Positions 1 to 9,991 of a stretch of DNA of 64,000 bases are shown piece by piece. Source of the DNA: a virus (taxonomy: Duplodnaviria > Caudoviricetes); the IMG/VR virus record IMGVR_UViG_3300035180_001680; one strand, given 5' to 3'. How positions within the stretch are numbered: position 1 is the stretch's first letter; every line of letters starts with the position of its first letter. A model generated the notes under the pieces. That model was not told the origin of the DNA. It did not search any database and saw only the letters and a program-made list of their open reading frames with translations. The translations under genes were made by a program, and so were the position numbers.

Positions 1-581
1 AGTGGTATATAAACTCAAGAGATCAACATCATGTAGTTAAATTAATGTCTGCTATTGAGATGGTTACGGGTAAAATCCCAGTATGTTCTAATAAACGGAA
101 AACGTTGACCACGATCACCTTGTATAGTAAACAGTGGGGAGAATTTTTCCAACAGTTTGGAAAGTTCCATGAAAAACATCTTCCAGACCAATTCATGTGC
201 ACCAACACAGAATATTTGCAGGGATTGTATGATGGATTAGTTGATAGTGACGGCCACATTACAAAAGAAGGCCAGGTTAATTTTAACAACACGTCACAAC
301 AACTCATGGAACTATTCAGCTGGATTACGTTTAACATATATGGGAGTTTCCCAAATATGTCAAACAACGGGAAACGGTCTTCATATCCTGTGCAACACCC
401 CCGAAAAGATGGATATCGAAGTTTTCTGGCGACCTCTCACAAAAAAAGACATCTTTCACATTATCAGGTTATAAAAATACTTGAAATTGAAAACCCAACA
501 GAGTGTGAGGTTCCCGTCTACGATTTAGAAATTGATCACCCAACCCATAGTTTCATTGCAAACAACATGATTGTTCACAAT
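1..581 (+). mobile_element. Intein (C-terminal part) with LAGLIDADG homing endonuclease block
   Basis: [14 protein letters not shown] (LAGLIDADG block E), VYDLEI (block F), [12 protein letters not shown]|S (block G). Asn codon is 579-581 and the +1 extein Ser is 582-584. Confidence 0.93.
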
Positions 582-1151
582 TCAGTTTGTACCACAAGGT
601 TAGTGTCTGGAATTGGTTTTCCCCAGTTAAGTGCAATTATAGAATGTGCTGATGCTGTTCATGGATTAGGCGGAAGGTTGTGTTCCGATGGGGGATGTAA
701 TACTCCTGGAGACTTTGCAAAAGCATTTGCAGGTGGCGCTGATTTTGTAATGAGTGGTGGAATGTTCGCTGGACACGACGAAGGTGGAGGTGAAGTAAGT
801 TCGAAGTGGTATAAAACTAACGAAGTTGTAAAAGATATTGATGGTTCTTCTCTTGAGTGTTTAGAAGTAGAGCGTAAGTTTGTCCAATTCTATGGGATGA
901 GTTCATCTACAGCAATGGAAGCTCACAGTGGAGGTTTGGCTGAATATCGCTCAAGTGAAGGACGAACAATCGAACTTCCATATCGAGGACCAGTTAAAGA
1001 TACAATTAACCATATTCTTGGTGGGGTTCGGAGTACGTGTACATATACAGGAAGTAAAACACTAAAGGAACTTTCAAAACGTGCAACGTTTATTAGAGTG
1101 AATAGCACTCACAATCGGGTGTATGAAGACATAACAACAAAGGTGAGATAA
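1..1151 (+). CDS. guaC: GMP reductase, intein-containing, 5'-truncated by the window edge
   Basis: The frame is open from base 3. After the intein: [77 protein letters not shown], all typical of GMP reductase. Confidence 0.92.
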   Translation, partial: WYINSRDQHHVVKLMSAIEMVTGKIPVCSNKRKTLTTITLYSKQWGEFFQQFGKFHEKHLPDQFMCTNTEYLQGLYDGLVDSDGHITKEGQVNFNNTSQQLMELFSWITFNIYGSFPNMSNNGKRSSYPVQHPRKDGYRSFLATSHKKRHLSHYQVIKILEIENPTECEVPVYDLEIDHPTHSFIANNMIVHNSVCTTRLVSGIGFPQLSAIIECADAVHGLGGRLCSDGGCNTPGDFAKAFAGGADFVMSGGMFAGHDEGGGEVSSKWYKTNEVVKDIDGSSLECLEVERKFVQFYGMSSSTAMEAHSGGLAEYRSSEGRTIELPYRGPVKDTINHILGGVRSTCTYTGSKTLKELSKRATFIRVNSTHNRVYEDITTKVR

Positions 1152-1368
1152 CGGAAAACAATTTTGGACCATCAATGACAATTACATATCACTGTAAAGG
1201 ATGTACTTAATTAATAACTGAGTACTACTGTAATACGCCAGAAGAATATGACCGAGGAATACAAGTAGTCTGTGGAGTTAACAATAAAATAATTTCAAAT
1301 TGTTGGTATGAAAGAGATAGAGCACCTGAGTGGTGCCCTGCTCTTCTAGCAGTTTCAAATTAAATATT

Positions 1369-1866
1369 TTAAACTTTAATAATTTCCGCAAAACCTTCAC
1401 TTTTTGTTGGCTCTTGGTATGCTTCTCTCATACTCTTGATTACGGAAGAAGGAATACGTTTTCCAGTTTCTTTTTCTCTATTATCCAATCGACGCTGAAG
1501 TTCTGCTGAATCCACACTAAACACCACAGCAATCTTCGTATAACTGTTCGGAACAAGTCCTAACTTCCGACTACGAGACCCAACTGTCATGTTCGTTTGG
1601 TCAATAATAATATTCTGTTTTTTGTTGATAGCTTGTCTCAAATGTATAAACATTTTCTTTTCTGATTCTTTGTAATAACTGTTGAAAGCATCCGAATAAC
1701 TAATACCAGAGTCTTTCGCAATTTGTTCCAAAATATCATCTGTTGAGATAACAACATAATTCTTATGTTTTTTTAACTGAGCGATATATGTGGATTTGCC
1801 TGAACCAGGAAGTCCTACCAACATAACCATCTCAGGTTGAGTTTCTGTGATTTCATTCAATTTCAT
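1369..1866 (-). CDS. P-loop kinase (AAA_33 / polynucleotide-kinase-like)
   Basis: Walker A GLPGSGKST, IIIDQTN, RRLDNR lid. Confidence 0.8.
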   Translation of the reverse strand: MKLNEITETQPEMVMLVGLPGSGKSTYIAQLKKHKNYVVISTDDILEQIAKDSGISYSDAFNSYYKESEKKMFIHLRQAINKKQNIIIDQTNMTVGSRSRKLGLVPNSYTKIAVVFSVDSAELQRRLDNREKETGKRIPSSVIKSMREAYQEPTKSEGFAEIIKV

Positions 1867-2070
1867 TTTATTTTCCTTGTTTTAAACGGTGTCTTATTTT
1901 ATCTGGCAATCCACCATATGAAAAATAATCTTCCCCTGTGAATCCATCCAATATCCACGCTTCATCACTCCAACAAAAGATTAACTCGTGAGGGTTAAGC
2001 AACAATTTTAACCTCCACTAGAACGTAGGACGAACTATAACGGTTGTCCATTTGTTAGTTGTTTGGATAT

Positions 2071-2541
2071 TCATTCGGTGACATTTACTAATTCCTCAAT
2101 CTTTTCAACAGCATCCCGAACTACAACAGAATGTAATTGTCTACCGTCACTTAAATATTGTTCCAGTGTCATCCAAACAGTTGCTTTTGTTTCTGTTGAA
2201 TCAAAATCATCAAAGTCAGTTGGATCTTTAATTTGCCCAATATAAAACATAATTGTAGAATACTGACCAATCGGTTCAATGCGTGATAAATTAGAACGTT
2301 TAAGTCCTAATTCTTCAGATGCTTCACGAATTGCTGAAAGTAAGACCATTTCACCTGGCTCAATCCGACCCTTACTAATTTGAGGGATACTTTCTACCCA
2401 CTCATTTTCAATTGGAATCATGAACATCATTTGTATATTGTTTTTGTCATCCACATAAAACGGAATGAGACCCGCTCTATTGAGAATACTTGGGTTGTCT
2501 GTGCGTTGCATTATTGTGTTCCTTAGAAATATTATAGGCAT
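2071..2541 (-). CDS. Nudix hydrolase
   Basis: Nudix box GRIEPGEMVLLSAIREASEELGL. Confidence 0.88.
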   Translation of the reverse strand: MPIIFLRNTIMQRTDNPSILNRAGLIPFYVDDKNNIQMMFMIPIENEWVESIPQISKGRIEPGEMVLLSAIREASEELGLKRSNLSRIEPIGQYSTIMFYIGQIKDPTDFDDFDSTETKATVWMTLEQYLSDGRQLHSVVVRDAVEKIEELVNVTE

Positions 2542-2587
2542 TTAACCTTTGTGGATAATTATCCTACATTCTAAAGTTTATGTCAAC

Positions 2588-3082
2588 TCAAGCGGTTTTA
2601 TTATATGTGTTGTAATTATTAACAAACTCTTGAATTGTTCCAGCACCTTTTGGTGTGTTATACCATTGTTTCCAATATGCCGCCAAACCATTAACATCGT
2701 TGTTCGGTAATGCTGCTGGAACACGCATATATCGTACTCTACACATTGCTGTGGCATAGTATAAGTTTCCAATCATTTCATTTGCTGAAATAGAGTTGAT
2801 TGTGTTTGGATGAACAGAACTAATAGACATTGTTAACCCATGAAGAAGTCGAGCTAAATCAGGGTGGTAATTGATATAATTGGACCATGTATCGTCGTGT
2901 GTAAATGGTTCCATTTGAAATATTCCAACTGCTGGACCACCACCAACTTGTTTTAAGTATGTGGCGTGGGACTCTTGAATGGCTGTCCCAATCACCAAAT
3001 TTTCAGCCACATCACTCCACATATTAAGATATGTAAGGACTGGACGGACTACATAAACACGAAGTTGTCCTATATCAATCAT
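2588..3082 (-). CDS. Putative lysozyme/transglycosylase-fold protein (candidate endolysin)
   Basis: TAIQES (candidate catalytic Glu), GPAVGIFQMEP, AAYWKQWYNT..GAG; resembles a widespread phage muralytic family. Confidence 0.6.
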   Translation of the reverse strand: MIDIGQLRVYVVRPVLTYLNMWSDVAENLVIGTAIQESHATYLKQVGGGPAVGIFQMEPFTHDDTWSNYINYHPDLARLLHGLTMSISSVHPNTINSISANEMIGNLYYATAMCRVRYMRVPAALPNNDVNGLAAYWKQWYNTPKGAGTIQEFVNNYNTYNKTA

Positions 3083-3453
3083 TTGGAATCTTTTTTATAT
3101 AATTTAATTTCGCCAACAAATTCTTGTTCATATTCGGAATATTTTCCACCTGAAGGTTTCTTCGCTAAATGAATTTCGGTACGAAATTTGTTTTTAAATT
3201 CTGTGTTAATAGAATTTAAAACATTGTTGGCTTGTGTAATACTGGATGCAAAATGAGTCCACGCTTGAGATGGTGTCATTCTACGATATGTTAAATCGAA
3301 CCCTACACCAATGAAATCATTAGTTCCAAACACTTGCCAAACAACTGGTCCAACTTCTTTATCCTGATATTTGCTTTTTAATTTATATCTTACGGAGTCA
3401 AAAGAATCGTCCAATGACTCCGTAATTTGAGAGAGTAAACTAAATTTTGACAT
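3079..3453 (-). CDS. Hypothetical protein
   Basis: 124-aa ORF overlapping both neighbours in an operon-like arrangement. Confidence 0.6.
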   Translation of the reverse strand: MSKFSLLSQITESLDDSFDSVRYKLKSKYQDKEVGPVVWQVFGTNDFIGVGFDLTYRRMTPSQAWTHFASSITQANNVLNSINTEFKNKFRTEIHLAKKPSGGKYSEYEQEFVGEIKLYKKDSK

Positions 3454-4088
3454 TATTTTGATTTGTATCCACGTGAAACTGCTTTTTTGTATTTTTTCAT
3501 AATCTGTTTTGCGTCTTCTGCTTTATGAAAAACACCAATGACAGTTGGAGACTTTTTGGATTCAAAAACGATGAAAGTATCAGACTCTTCTTCCATAGAT
3601 TCAATGATTGGGTCGATTTCAATTCCAGCAGCTCGACGGATGTCAGACATAAAACTTTCTTCTACGTCATCTTTATCATCTTTATCTTCATCTTCATCTT
3701 CATCTTCATCTTCATCTTCTTTTTTGTCTTTCTTTTCTTCGTCCTTATTTTCTTCTTTTTTGTCTTTTTTATCATCCTTGTCTGTATCTTCAGCATCTGC
3801 TTCTTCAGCGGCTTCTAAAATTCGAACAATGTCTTCATCGGAGTAATCAATACCCTCTTTAGCCATTTTCTTCCACATAACGGCTGCAGCAACTTTCTTA
3901 CCCGCTTCTTCAGAGCCATAACGAGCAGCAGCTTTCTTTTCGATTTTCTTAAAGTTTTTTCCTTTAGAACCAAGGTCTTCACCTTTCTTTGCTTTGCTTA
4001 CAACTTCTGACTTTTCTCCCTTAGACATACCAGAAGAAGGTGCTGATTCCATTATACCTGCAAGATTTTTTAAACGTCCGATGTCCAT
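3453..4088 (-). CDS. Highly charged low-complexity protein, possibly internal head or scaffold-like
   Basis: D/E/K tract (DKDDKKDKKEE..EDEDEDED); paired RLKNLAGI.ES / RRAAGIE motifs; AGGAG ribosome-binding site upstream. Confidence 0.6.
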   Translation of the reverse strand: MDIGRLKNLAGIMESAPSSGMSKGEKSEVVSKAKKGEDLGSKGKNFKKIEKKAAARYGSEEAGKKVAAAVMWKKMAKEGIDYSDEDIVRILEAAEEADAEDTDKDDKKDKKEENKDEEKKDKKEDEDEDEDEDEDKDDKDDVEESFMSDIRRAAGIEIDPIIESMEEESDTFIVFESKKSPTVIGVFHKAEDAKQIMKKYKKAVSRGYKSK

Positions 4089-4187
4089 AATAAACTCCTA
4101 TAAAATGTATATTATGAATCTATTTATGTAAAATAAGACAAACGTTGGTTTTCCAGGATAAATATTATCAACTTTCACATTTTAATT

Positions 4188-5144
4188 ATGTCAGAAAACA
4201 AAGAACCATTTGATTTTATGAAAGTAAGAAACAATAATGGACAACCCAAAAAAGATTTTATACCATATCAAGACGCAAAAGTGTGGGTAAATCGTTTGGG
4301 ATTTGAGAACTATCGTCAGTGGTTAAAATTTGCAAAACTACGATATAAGAAGGGTCCACTTAAAGGACGTTTGATTCGTCCAAAGTTTATTCCAGCCAAT
4401 CCCCAGTGTTCATATGCAATACGCGGAGAGTGGAAATCTGATACTGACTTTTTGGGAACAAGACCCATTCCATACCTATCTTATGAAGACGCGAAACAGT
4501 TTGCTTTGAAATTAGAACTTGGTTCTAGTCATCAATGGAGGGCTTGGCACAAAGAGACAAATACCTGTTTTATTCCACGATATCCAGAATTCGTTTATCC
4601 GGAATGGACGATATGGAAAGATTTTTTAGGTTCAAAGTATATCCACTATTCTAAACAAACAAAACCAAGACTTTCATTAGAAGAAACAATGAAGTTTGTT
4701 CATTCTTTAAACTTGTCTTCGCCAGAGGAATATAAGTTATGGGTCCGAGAACATCCACAGTTGAATATTCCTCTTTCTCCAGAAGGTGTGTTTGAGAATT
4801 GGCCTGGGTGGAGAATGTTCCTTGGAAAATCTATCTCCGATAAAATAGAAGTGGTTCAGAATATAGACGTGTCTGTTTTGTATATCGCTCACTATAATCA
4901 CGACCCATCTAATGTTTTTGAAATTAGACTAGAACAAGGAGGAAAGTTGGCTGTAAACGAAAAACGTCAACGAACCAACTTTAAAATTGTTAAAATGTTT
5001 TTTGTTAATTCATCGGAAATATCCGCAGCGAATCAAATAGTTACATCGAATTGTTCACCGTGGTGGGAAGATTCAAGTAAACAACTTGTGACTAATATTC
5101 ACGAACTGACGTTTCAATTAAGCGTGTTACTATTAATTGCTTAA
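4188..5144 (+). CDS. Protein with three 'phage-integrase repeat unit'-like repeats
   Basis: Repeats Y.DAK.(W/F)...LG/LE....QW...(I)P.NP/YP...Y..EW....DFLG; no integrase catalytic residues evident. Confidence 0.65.
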   Translation: MSENKEPFDFMKVRNNNGQPKKDFIPYQDAKVWVNRLGFENYRQWLKFAKLRYKKGPLKGRLIRPKFIPANPQCSYAIRGEWKSDTDFLGTRPIPYLSYEDAKQFALKLELGSSHQWRAWHKETNTCFIPRYPEFVYPEWTIWKDFLGSKYIHYSKQTKPRLSLEETMKFVHSLNLSSPEEYKLWVREHPQLNIPLSPEGVFENWPGWRMFLGKSISDKIEVVQNIDVSVLYIAHYNHDPSNVFEIRLEQGGKLAVNEKRQRTNFKIVKMFFVNSSEISAANQIVTSNCSPWWEDSSKQLVTNIHELTFQLSVLLLIA

Positions 5145-5951
5145 TTGTAGAGTTAAACATTTACACCCACCACCACTTTTAATGAACTCACTCATTGGTG
5201 TTGTGATGACTTCAAATCCTCGTGTGATTAACTTCATCCTTAACTCATCACTTACATAATTAGTAATTACTTGTTTGTCAACGTTAACTGCATTACAAGC
5301 GAAGTTTAAAGCATCTTCTTCACTAACTTCAATGATATTGTCTTTACCGAATATTGTTTCTATGTGTTTGAAACTGTTATCTCCCAACGCAGGACGATAT
5401 AACATAACACTTCCATCATTCAAAGGACAGAAACACGTATCAAGATGGTAAAATCTGTCGTCTACCAACTCAATGGGCACGACTTGTTTATTATACCACC
5501 ACGTTAAAACATTTTGAAGGTGGACGGCAGCACCTCTTGATGTTCTAAACCCATACCCACACCAATATATTTTATTCCCTAACAGACAATCCCCAGCACC
5601 CTCGAACACAATTTGATTATTAATTGGAACAACTTCAAAGTTGTTACATTTAAACCACTTACGGAAATGAGGTGTTTCCCCTTTTCGTTCTTTATTTTTA
5701 AATTGAGACACAACTACACTGTTTCCTACAACCAAACCAGCATTAGCAGTAAACACCATATCTGGTAATCCTTGTTGACCAGATATAACTTGAACTGTCG
5801 CATGTTGTTCAAGTATTCGTTTAAAGTCTGTCCATTGTTTGTGTGCTAAATCAGTATCTACGCAATCAACATTCCCATTCATCCAACAATTAATCTCATA
5901 ATCAACTGAATAGTGAGTTGGTTCACACATTAAGATGTTTGCCTTATTCAC
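5133..5951 (-). CDS. Amidinotransferase / dimethylargininase (pentein) family protein
   Basis: PDMVFTANAG, FEGAGD, FYHLDTCF, SEFIKSGGGCKCLT (catalytic Cys near the C-terminus). Confidence 0.9.
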   Translation of the reverse strand: MNKANILMCEPTHYSVDYEINCWMNGNVDCVDTDLAHKQWTDFKRILEQHATVQVISGQQGLPDMVFTANAGLVVGNSVVVSQFKNKERKGETPHFRKWFKCNNFEVVPINNQIVFEGAGDCLLGNKIYWCGYGFRTSRGAAVHLQNVLTWWYNKQVVPIELVDDRFYHLDTCFCPLNDGSVMLYRPALGDNSFKHIETIFGKDNIIEVSEEDALNFACNAVNVDKQVITNYVSDELRMKLITRGFEVITTPMSEFIKSGGGCKCLTLQLSN

Positions 5952-5990
5952 AACAGAACCCCTTTAAATTTACTATATTTATCAAACATA

Positions 5991-6022
5991 GAAAAGGGGG
6001 AAGATTATCTTCCCCCTTTTTC
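5991..6022. terminator. Intrinsic terminator downstream of the porin gene
   Basis: GAAAAGGGGGAAG-ATTAT-CTTCCCCCTTTTTC inverted repeat with A/T tails. Confidence 0.8.
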
Positions 6023-6038
6023 GTGTTAAAACAAAGAG

Positions 6039-6698
6039 TTAGAAGTTGTACTTGGCACCAACTGTCCACCTCTTACCAGGCGTAAGAGTTAGGTTGTTAC
6101 TGTCAACCCAAGCAAGCTCTCCAACGATATTCTTGGTGAACTGCTTATTAAGTCCAAGTTTGTAGTCATTTGCTTTGTTGGAAGTACCATCAAGGTCAAG
6201 ATGTCCAACGTGACCAACACCAATCAACCCATAAGGAAGTTGATATGTTCCATTAACTTCTGTATAAAAAGAATGTTTTCCAGAACCAAAATAGTCAGAA
6301 GAATAAGACGTTTTCAACTGTGTTGTGACATTATCAAACTTCAAATTTCCAGCAACACTATACTCTGTGGTTTGGAGAGATGAAACACCAGGAAAGTTGT
6401 AACTAATAGCACCCACATCAACTGAAACATCTTTGGTTACAGGAATGTTATAGTTAATCATGGCGTCCAGTTCAACGTCGTCGCCTGAATTCTTTACAGA
6501 AGTTGCGGTTGCGCCAACTGTCAAATTATTAAGAGTGTATTTAACGTTACCCTGAATACTCGGGTCGTTGTTTGAAAGTGAAGCACCACGGAAAACATAG
6601 TCAGATGCAACACCAACACTACCTGATAAACCACCCGCAAAAGCGGACGACGCAACAACAGAACCCAAAAGTAAAGCAATAAGCATTGAATTTTTCAT
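6039..6698 (-). CDS. TorF / Gcw_chp-like putative outer-membrane porin
   Basis: Signal peptide MKNSMLIALLLGSVVASSAFA after an AGGAG site (start 6698); SDYVFRGASLS...PSIQG; alternating beta-strands; C-terminal Phe (KYNF). Confidence 0.85.
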   Translation of the reverse strand: MKNSMLIALLLGSVVASSAFAGGLSGSVGVASDYVFRGASLSNNDPSIQGNVKYTLNNLTVGATATSVKNSGDDVELDAMINYNIPVTKDVSVDVGAISYNFPGVSSLQTTEYSVAGNLKFDNVTTQLKTSYSSDYFGSGKHSFYTEVNGTYQLPYGLIGVGHVGHLDLDGTSNKANDYKLGLNKQFTKNIVGELAWVDSNNLTLTPGKRWTVGAKYNF

Positions 6699-6860
6699 AT
6701 TTTTAAATCTCCTTAGGTTATGTGATTTCTTTATCACCATTCTATATTACTATAGAAGAACACTATTTAGCAACGAAACACAACAGGGTTATTTAAATTA
6801 TTTTTCAAAGTATGGCTTTTCAGCAAATATCTAAATAAGTTAAACGATGGAGTATTAATT

Positions 6861-7082
6861 ATGAATATAACAGGTCAGGTAAAAGATGTACTAAATCTTT
6901 TGATTGATAAAACATTGTATCTTTCATTAATAGATGGGACATCACTGGTGGGAACAATTGAATTATATGATGAAGTTTTTGTGGCTATTAAAACAGAGGA
7001 ACGTCAAAGGTTTACGACAAACCCAATAGAACAAACGATTATCGTTCCTATTAATTCTATCGTGAAGATTAAGTTAGTTTAA
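6861..7082 (+). CDS. Sm/Hfq-like small protein
   Basis: LYLSLIDGTSLVGTIELYDEVFVAI matches the Sm1 pattern; IIVPINSIVKI is Sm2-like; 73 aa. Confidence 0.55.
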   Translation: MNITGQVKDVLNLLIDKTLYLSLIDGTSLVGTIELYDEVFVAIKTEERQRFTTNPIEQTIIVPINSIVKIKLV

Positions 7083-7303
7083 TCTATATCGCGTTGCCAA
7101 ATCATTCTTGCCCCATACACTTTACCTGTTTTCGTATTTTTGACAAGTAGTTTTTCTCTTTTGGGTTTAGTATCTTTCCCATAGTCATGTTTATCGTAAA
7201 CAGAAGGGAATGTCATCTCTTTAGCTTTGTGGTCAATTGAATTTTGAGCATCAAAATCGTTATCTTTTTCAAACAAGTCTGCTAATTTCATTATCATTTC
7301 CAT
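7079..7303 (-). CDS. Hypothetical protein
   Basis: Short ORF in an overlapping minus-strand run. Confidence 0.5.
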   Translation of the reverse strand: MEMIMKLADLFEKDNDFDAQNSIDHKAKEMTFPSVYDKHDYGKDTKPKREKLLVKNTKTGKVYGARMIWQRDID

Positions 7304-7563
7304 TTGGATTTAATATTTATGAAAAATGATTTCCACCATGAAGTTAGTTTCTGTGTTAAAGTGGATTCAACTTTGGTGTCAGGTGTTGGTGTTTTTGGTT
7401 CGAATAACTGCCCCTTCAGTCCACATTCTCCAAAACTCAACCGCATTACTGAACATGACGTATCAGGCTTACCATTAACCAACGACAGACGTAGGTCACA
7501 ATATGATATAACCCAAATTTTAAATTCATGTTTACAATTAATACACAATGGAGCATCATTCAT
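7294..7563 (-). CDS. Hypothetical Cys-rich protein
   Basis: CINC..C..C..C pattern; overlaps neighbours. Confidence 0.55.
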   Translation of the reverse strand: MNDAPLCINCKHEFKIWVISYCDLRLSLVNGKPDTSCSVMRLSFGECGLKGQLFEPKTPTPDTKVESTLTQKLTSWWKSFFINIKSKWK

Positions 7564-7925
7564 TTTTCATTTACATTTGATTCAGCAAGCGCCAACAACA
7601 TAGTCCACATTTCATCAACAGTAAATTCTTCACACCTCAACATTATCTCTCTCATCTTTGGTGTCATCTGTCTTGAAACTCTTGAAGTTTTACCATCTAC
7701 TGGATAGAGTTCGTATTCAACCATTTCAACGTCTATACATCCATAATGGTACTTTTTTATATCTTTTACTCTGTTCTCTGCTACACCTTTTTTTGTATAC
7801 ATAAACGCTGAATCTTCCTTTTCAGACGTTCCACCATTGAGAGTAACCCATTTAGTTGTCTGTGTGTTAGCATTAGTGTATTTTACTACCCATCGTTTCA
7901 TAATATATCGCCCCTCAAAAAACAC
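7560..7925 (-). CDS. Hypothetical protein
   Basis: 121-aa ORF; likely start at the internal MKRW. Confidence 0.55.
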   Translation of the reverse strand: MFFEGRYIMKRWVVKYTNANTQTTKWVTLNGGTSEKEDSAFMYTKKGVAENRVKDIKKYHYGCIDVEMVEYELYPVDGKTSRVSRQMTPKMREIMLRCEEFTVDEMWTMLLALAESNVNEK

Positions 7926-8026
7926 ATTTTATACTATTTTAATAAAAATACAACATTGCCTGTTGATAAATTTTGGTGAAGCATGTGTAATATCTTTTAG
8001 TTTAAATTTATTTTAGGGAATTATAT

Positions 8027-8773
8027 ATGAAAATTAAACAATTGTCAGACCTCCACCTTGAAGGATATGACATGAAGTATTCTTACGACGGAGAAGATGT
8101 ACTCATTCTGTCTGGTGATATACATACTAGGAACCGACTTGATAAGTTTTTAATTCAAATTCCTTCTAGTGTTAAAATTTTGTATGTAATAGGGAACCAT
8201 GAATTTTACCATTCATTGGTAGATGATGTTATTTCTTATCACACAGAATTAGAAACCAAATTTCCGAACTTTCATTTTCTCAATAACTCTTCAACGAAGA
8301 TTGATGATATTAACTTCTTTGGCGGAACAATGTTTACTCAATTCACATTGTATGGAACCACAAACGTATTGGCCCAACATCATGCGGAACGGGGAATCAA
8401 TGATTTTATTTTAATTCGGGTATCGGATGACCCTCGTATTCTTTGGAAAACACAAAACCATATCGAACAACATGAAATCTTTCGTCGGGAATTGGCTCGT
8501 TGGATTAAAGAAACTGAAGGGCAGAAACGAGTTGTAATTTCTCATTTTGCTCCTCACCCCATAACCGTGGACCCGAAATATGGTTCGAGTGTTTTAAATT
8601 CGTATTTCACTGAAAACATGGAGGAGTTTATGGGTTGGGAAGGTATATGGTTCTATGGACACACTCACAGCAATTTTGATGGAATGATTGGGAAAACGCG
8701 AATTATTTCAAACCAAAAGGGATATGGAAATGAAAGTGTATTGTTTAATCCAAACTTCATAGTGGAGGTTTGA
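8027..8773 (+). CDS. Calcineurin-like metallophosphoesterase
   Basis: SDLH, GD, GNHE, SHFAP, GHTH motifs. Confidence 0.92.
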   Translation: MKIKQLSDLHLEGYDMKYSYDGEDVLILSGDIHTRNRLDKFLIQIPSSVKILYVIGNHEFYHSLVDDVISYHTELETKFPNFHFLNNSSTKIDDINFFGGTMFTQFTLYGTTNVLAQHHAERGINDFILIRVSDDPRILWKTQNHIEQHEIFRRELARWIKETEGQKRVVISHFAPHPITVDPKYGSSVLNSYFTENMEEFMGWEGIWFYGHTHSNFDGMIGKTRIISNQKGYGNESVLFNPNFIVEV

Positions 8774-8774
8774 T

Positions 8775-9107
8775 ATGATTGTGTACACGAAGTCTTCATT
8801 TAAACGGAAAAAGAAATCATCAGCGAAACAAAAGGCCGATAAGGCGATGACGGATTACATTAACCAGAAATGGAAATATAATCCAGATTCTCCTCCTCCA
8901 AAATCAACATATAAATTAGGAATCCCTGAAGACAGACTACCACCTCCAATTAATAGTCACAAACCAACGATTGGAGATACAGCAAAAATTCCATCACCCG
9001 TCTATACAGGTGATAAGATTGTAGGGATTAGTACAATGCACAAGAGTAACGCTATTCCAGTTTTCTCTCAAGAAGAAGCAGAAGACATTGCAAAAATGAG
9101 GAGATAG
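8775..9107 (+). CDS. Conserved T4-like phage hypothetical protein
   Basis: C-terminal GISTMHKSNAIPVFSQEEAEDIAKMRR motif, recalled from T4-like phages. Confidence 0.6.
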   Translation: MIVYTKSSFKRKKKSSAKQKADKAMTDYINQKWKYNPDSPPPKSTYKLGIPEDRLPPPINSHKPTIGDTAKIPSPVYTGDKIVGISTMHKSNAIPVFSQEEAEDIAKMRR

Positions 9108-9419
9108 TTATTCTTCATTTCAGACCATTTATTAGAACACCCACACCTCAAAATAAAAAGAGGTGATTGTTCTGTATATACGATAATCTACACAAAACGT
9201 TCCCCAGTTAAATTTCTGTTAATACTTTATCGTCTTTTGTATATAATTACCTATATTTTACACAATAAGTAAACATCACAATAAGTTGCACTCTTCACGT
9301 TAAAGTTCTAAACAATATAAACAAAACCAAAAATTGAGTTTTGTGGAGAATATCCCATACCCAACATCAAACGACACGAGAAACTGACCGTTTAATACGA
9401 AACCATCAATATTATTTTA

Positions 9420-9974
9420 TCATGATGTTGCATTTGCGACGTTCAATGTAAAATTGTCACCTGAATATGTTGCTGCCCCTGGATTAACTGTTCGTTTGAT
9501 CCAAAACATTCTATAATACGCAGGTTGAAGTGTTCCAAGCAACAGTGAATTTGTTATGGTTCCGGTATAATTTGCAAATGTTACACCAGATGGTGTAACG
9601 AAACGACTTGCAATTCTCGGTTCTATAATAGTAGTATTGTTTCCAGTAGACCACGTAACTATTCCACTGGTTCCAATTCCCAGTTGAATAGATGTGTCGG
9701 GTGATGTTGAATCAGCAGATAACCATACTCTTGTATTATCGGAAATTGACGCTGCGTTGGTGTTTATCACCCCTACGCAAAAATAGTCTATTTGTCCATT
9801 AGCAGCTTGAGTAAGTGTAACTTCTGGGAACACAGCGTTAAGAGTAGAGCTTAACAGAGATCTATAAGTTCCTGAAGACGCTCCATAGAAACAATTCCCA
9901 CCTAACATATCACCAAGAGTTGAACTATTACTTCCAGTCGTTATAATTTTTAGATCGGTTCCAATTAATGCCAT
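9420..9974 (-). CDS. Hypothetical, probably virion-associated protein
   Basis: S/T/G/N-rich beta-type composition; FWIKRTVNPGA C-terminal motif. Confidence 0.55.
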   Translation of the reverse strand: MALIGTDLKIITTGSNSSTLGDMLGGNCFYGASSGTYRSLLSSTLNAVFPEVTLTQAANGQIDYFCVGVINTNAASISDNTRVWLSADSTSPDTSIQLGIGTSGIVTWSTGNNTTIIEPRIASRFVTPSGVTFANYTGTITNSLLLGTLQPAYYRMFWIKRTVNPGAATYSGDNFTLNVANATS

Positions 9975-9991
9975 AAGTGTTTTCCTTTATA

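Noticed and set aside
3525-3846. Hydrophobic (FIFIF) and poly-Ser ORFs on +
   Set aside because: Antisense shadows of the D/E/K repeat in 3453-4088.
4188-5144. Integrase, implying a temperate lifestyle
   Set aside because: Only the repeat units are present, with no tyrosine or serine recombinase catalytic motifs; no att-like context seen.
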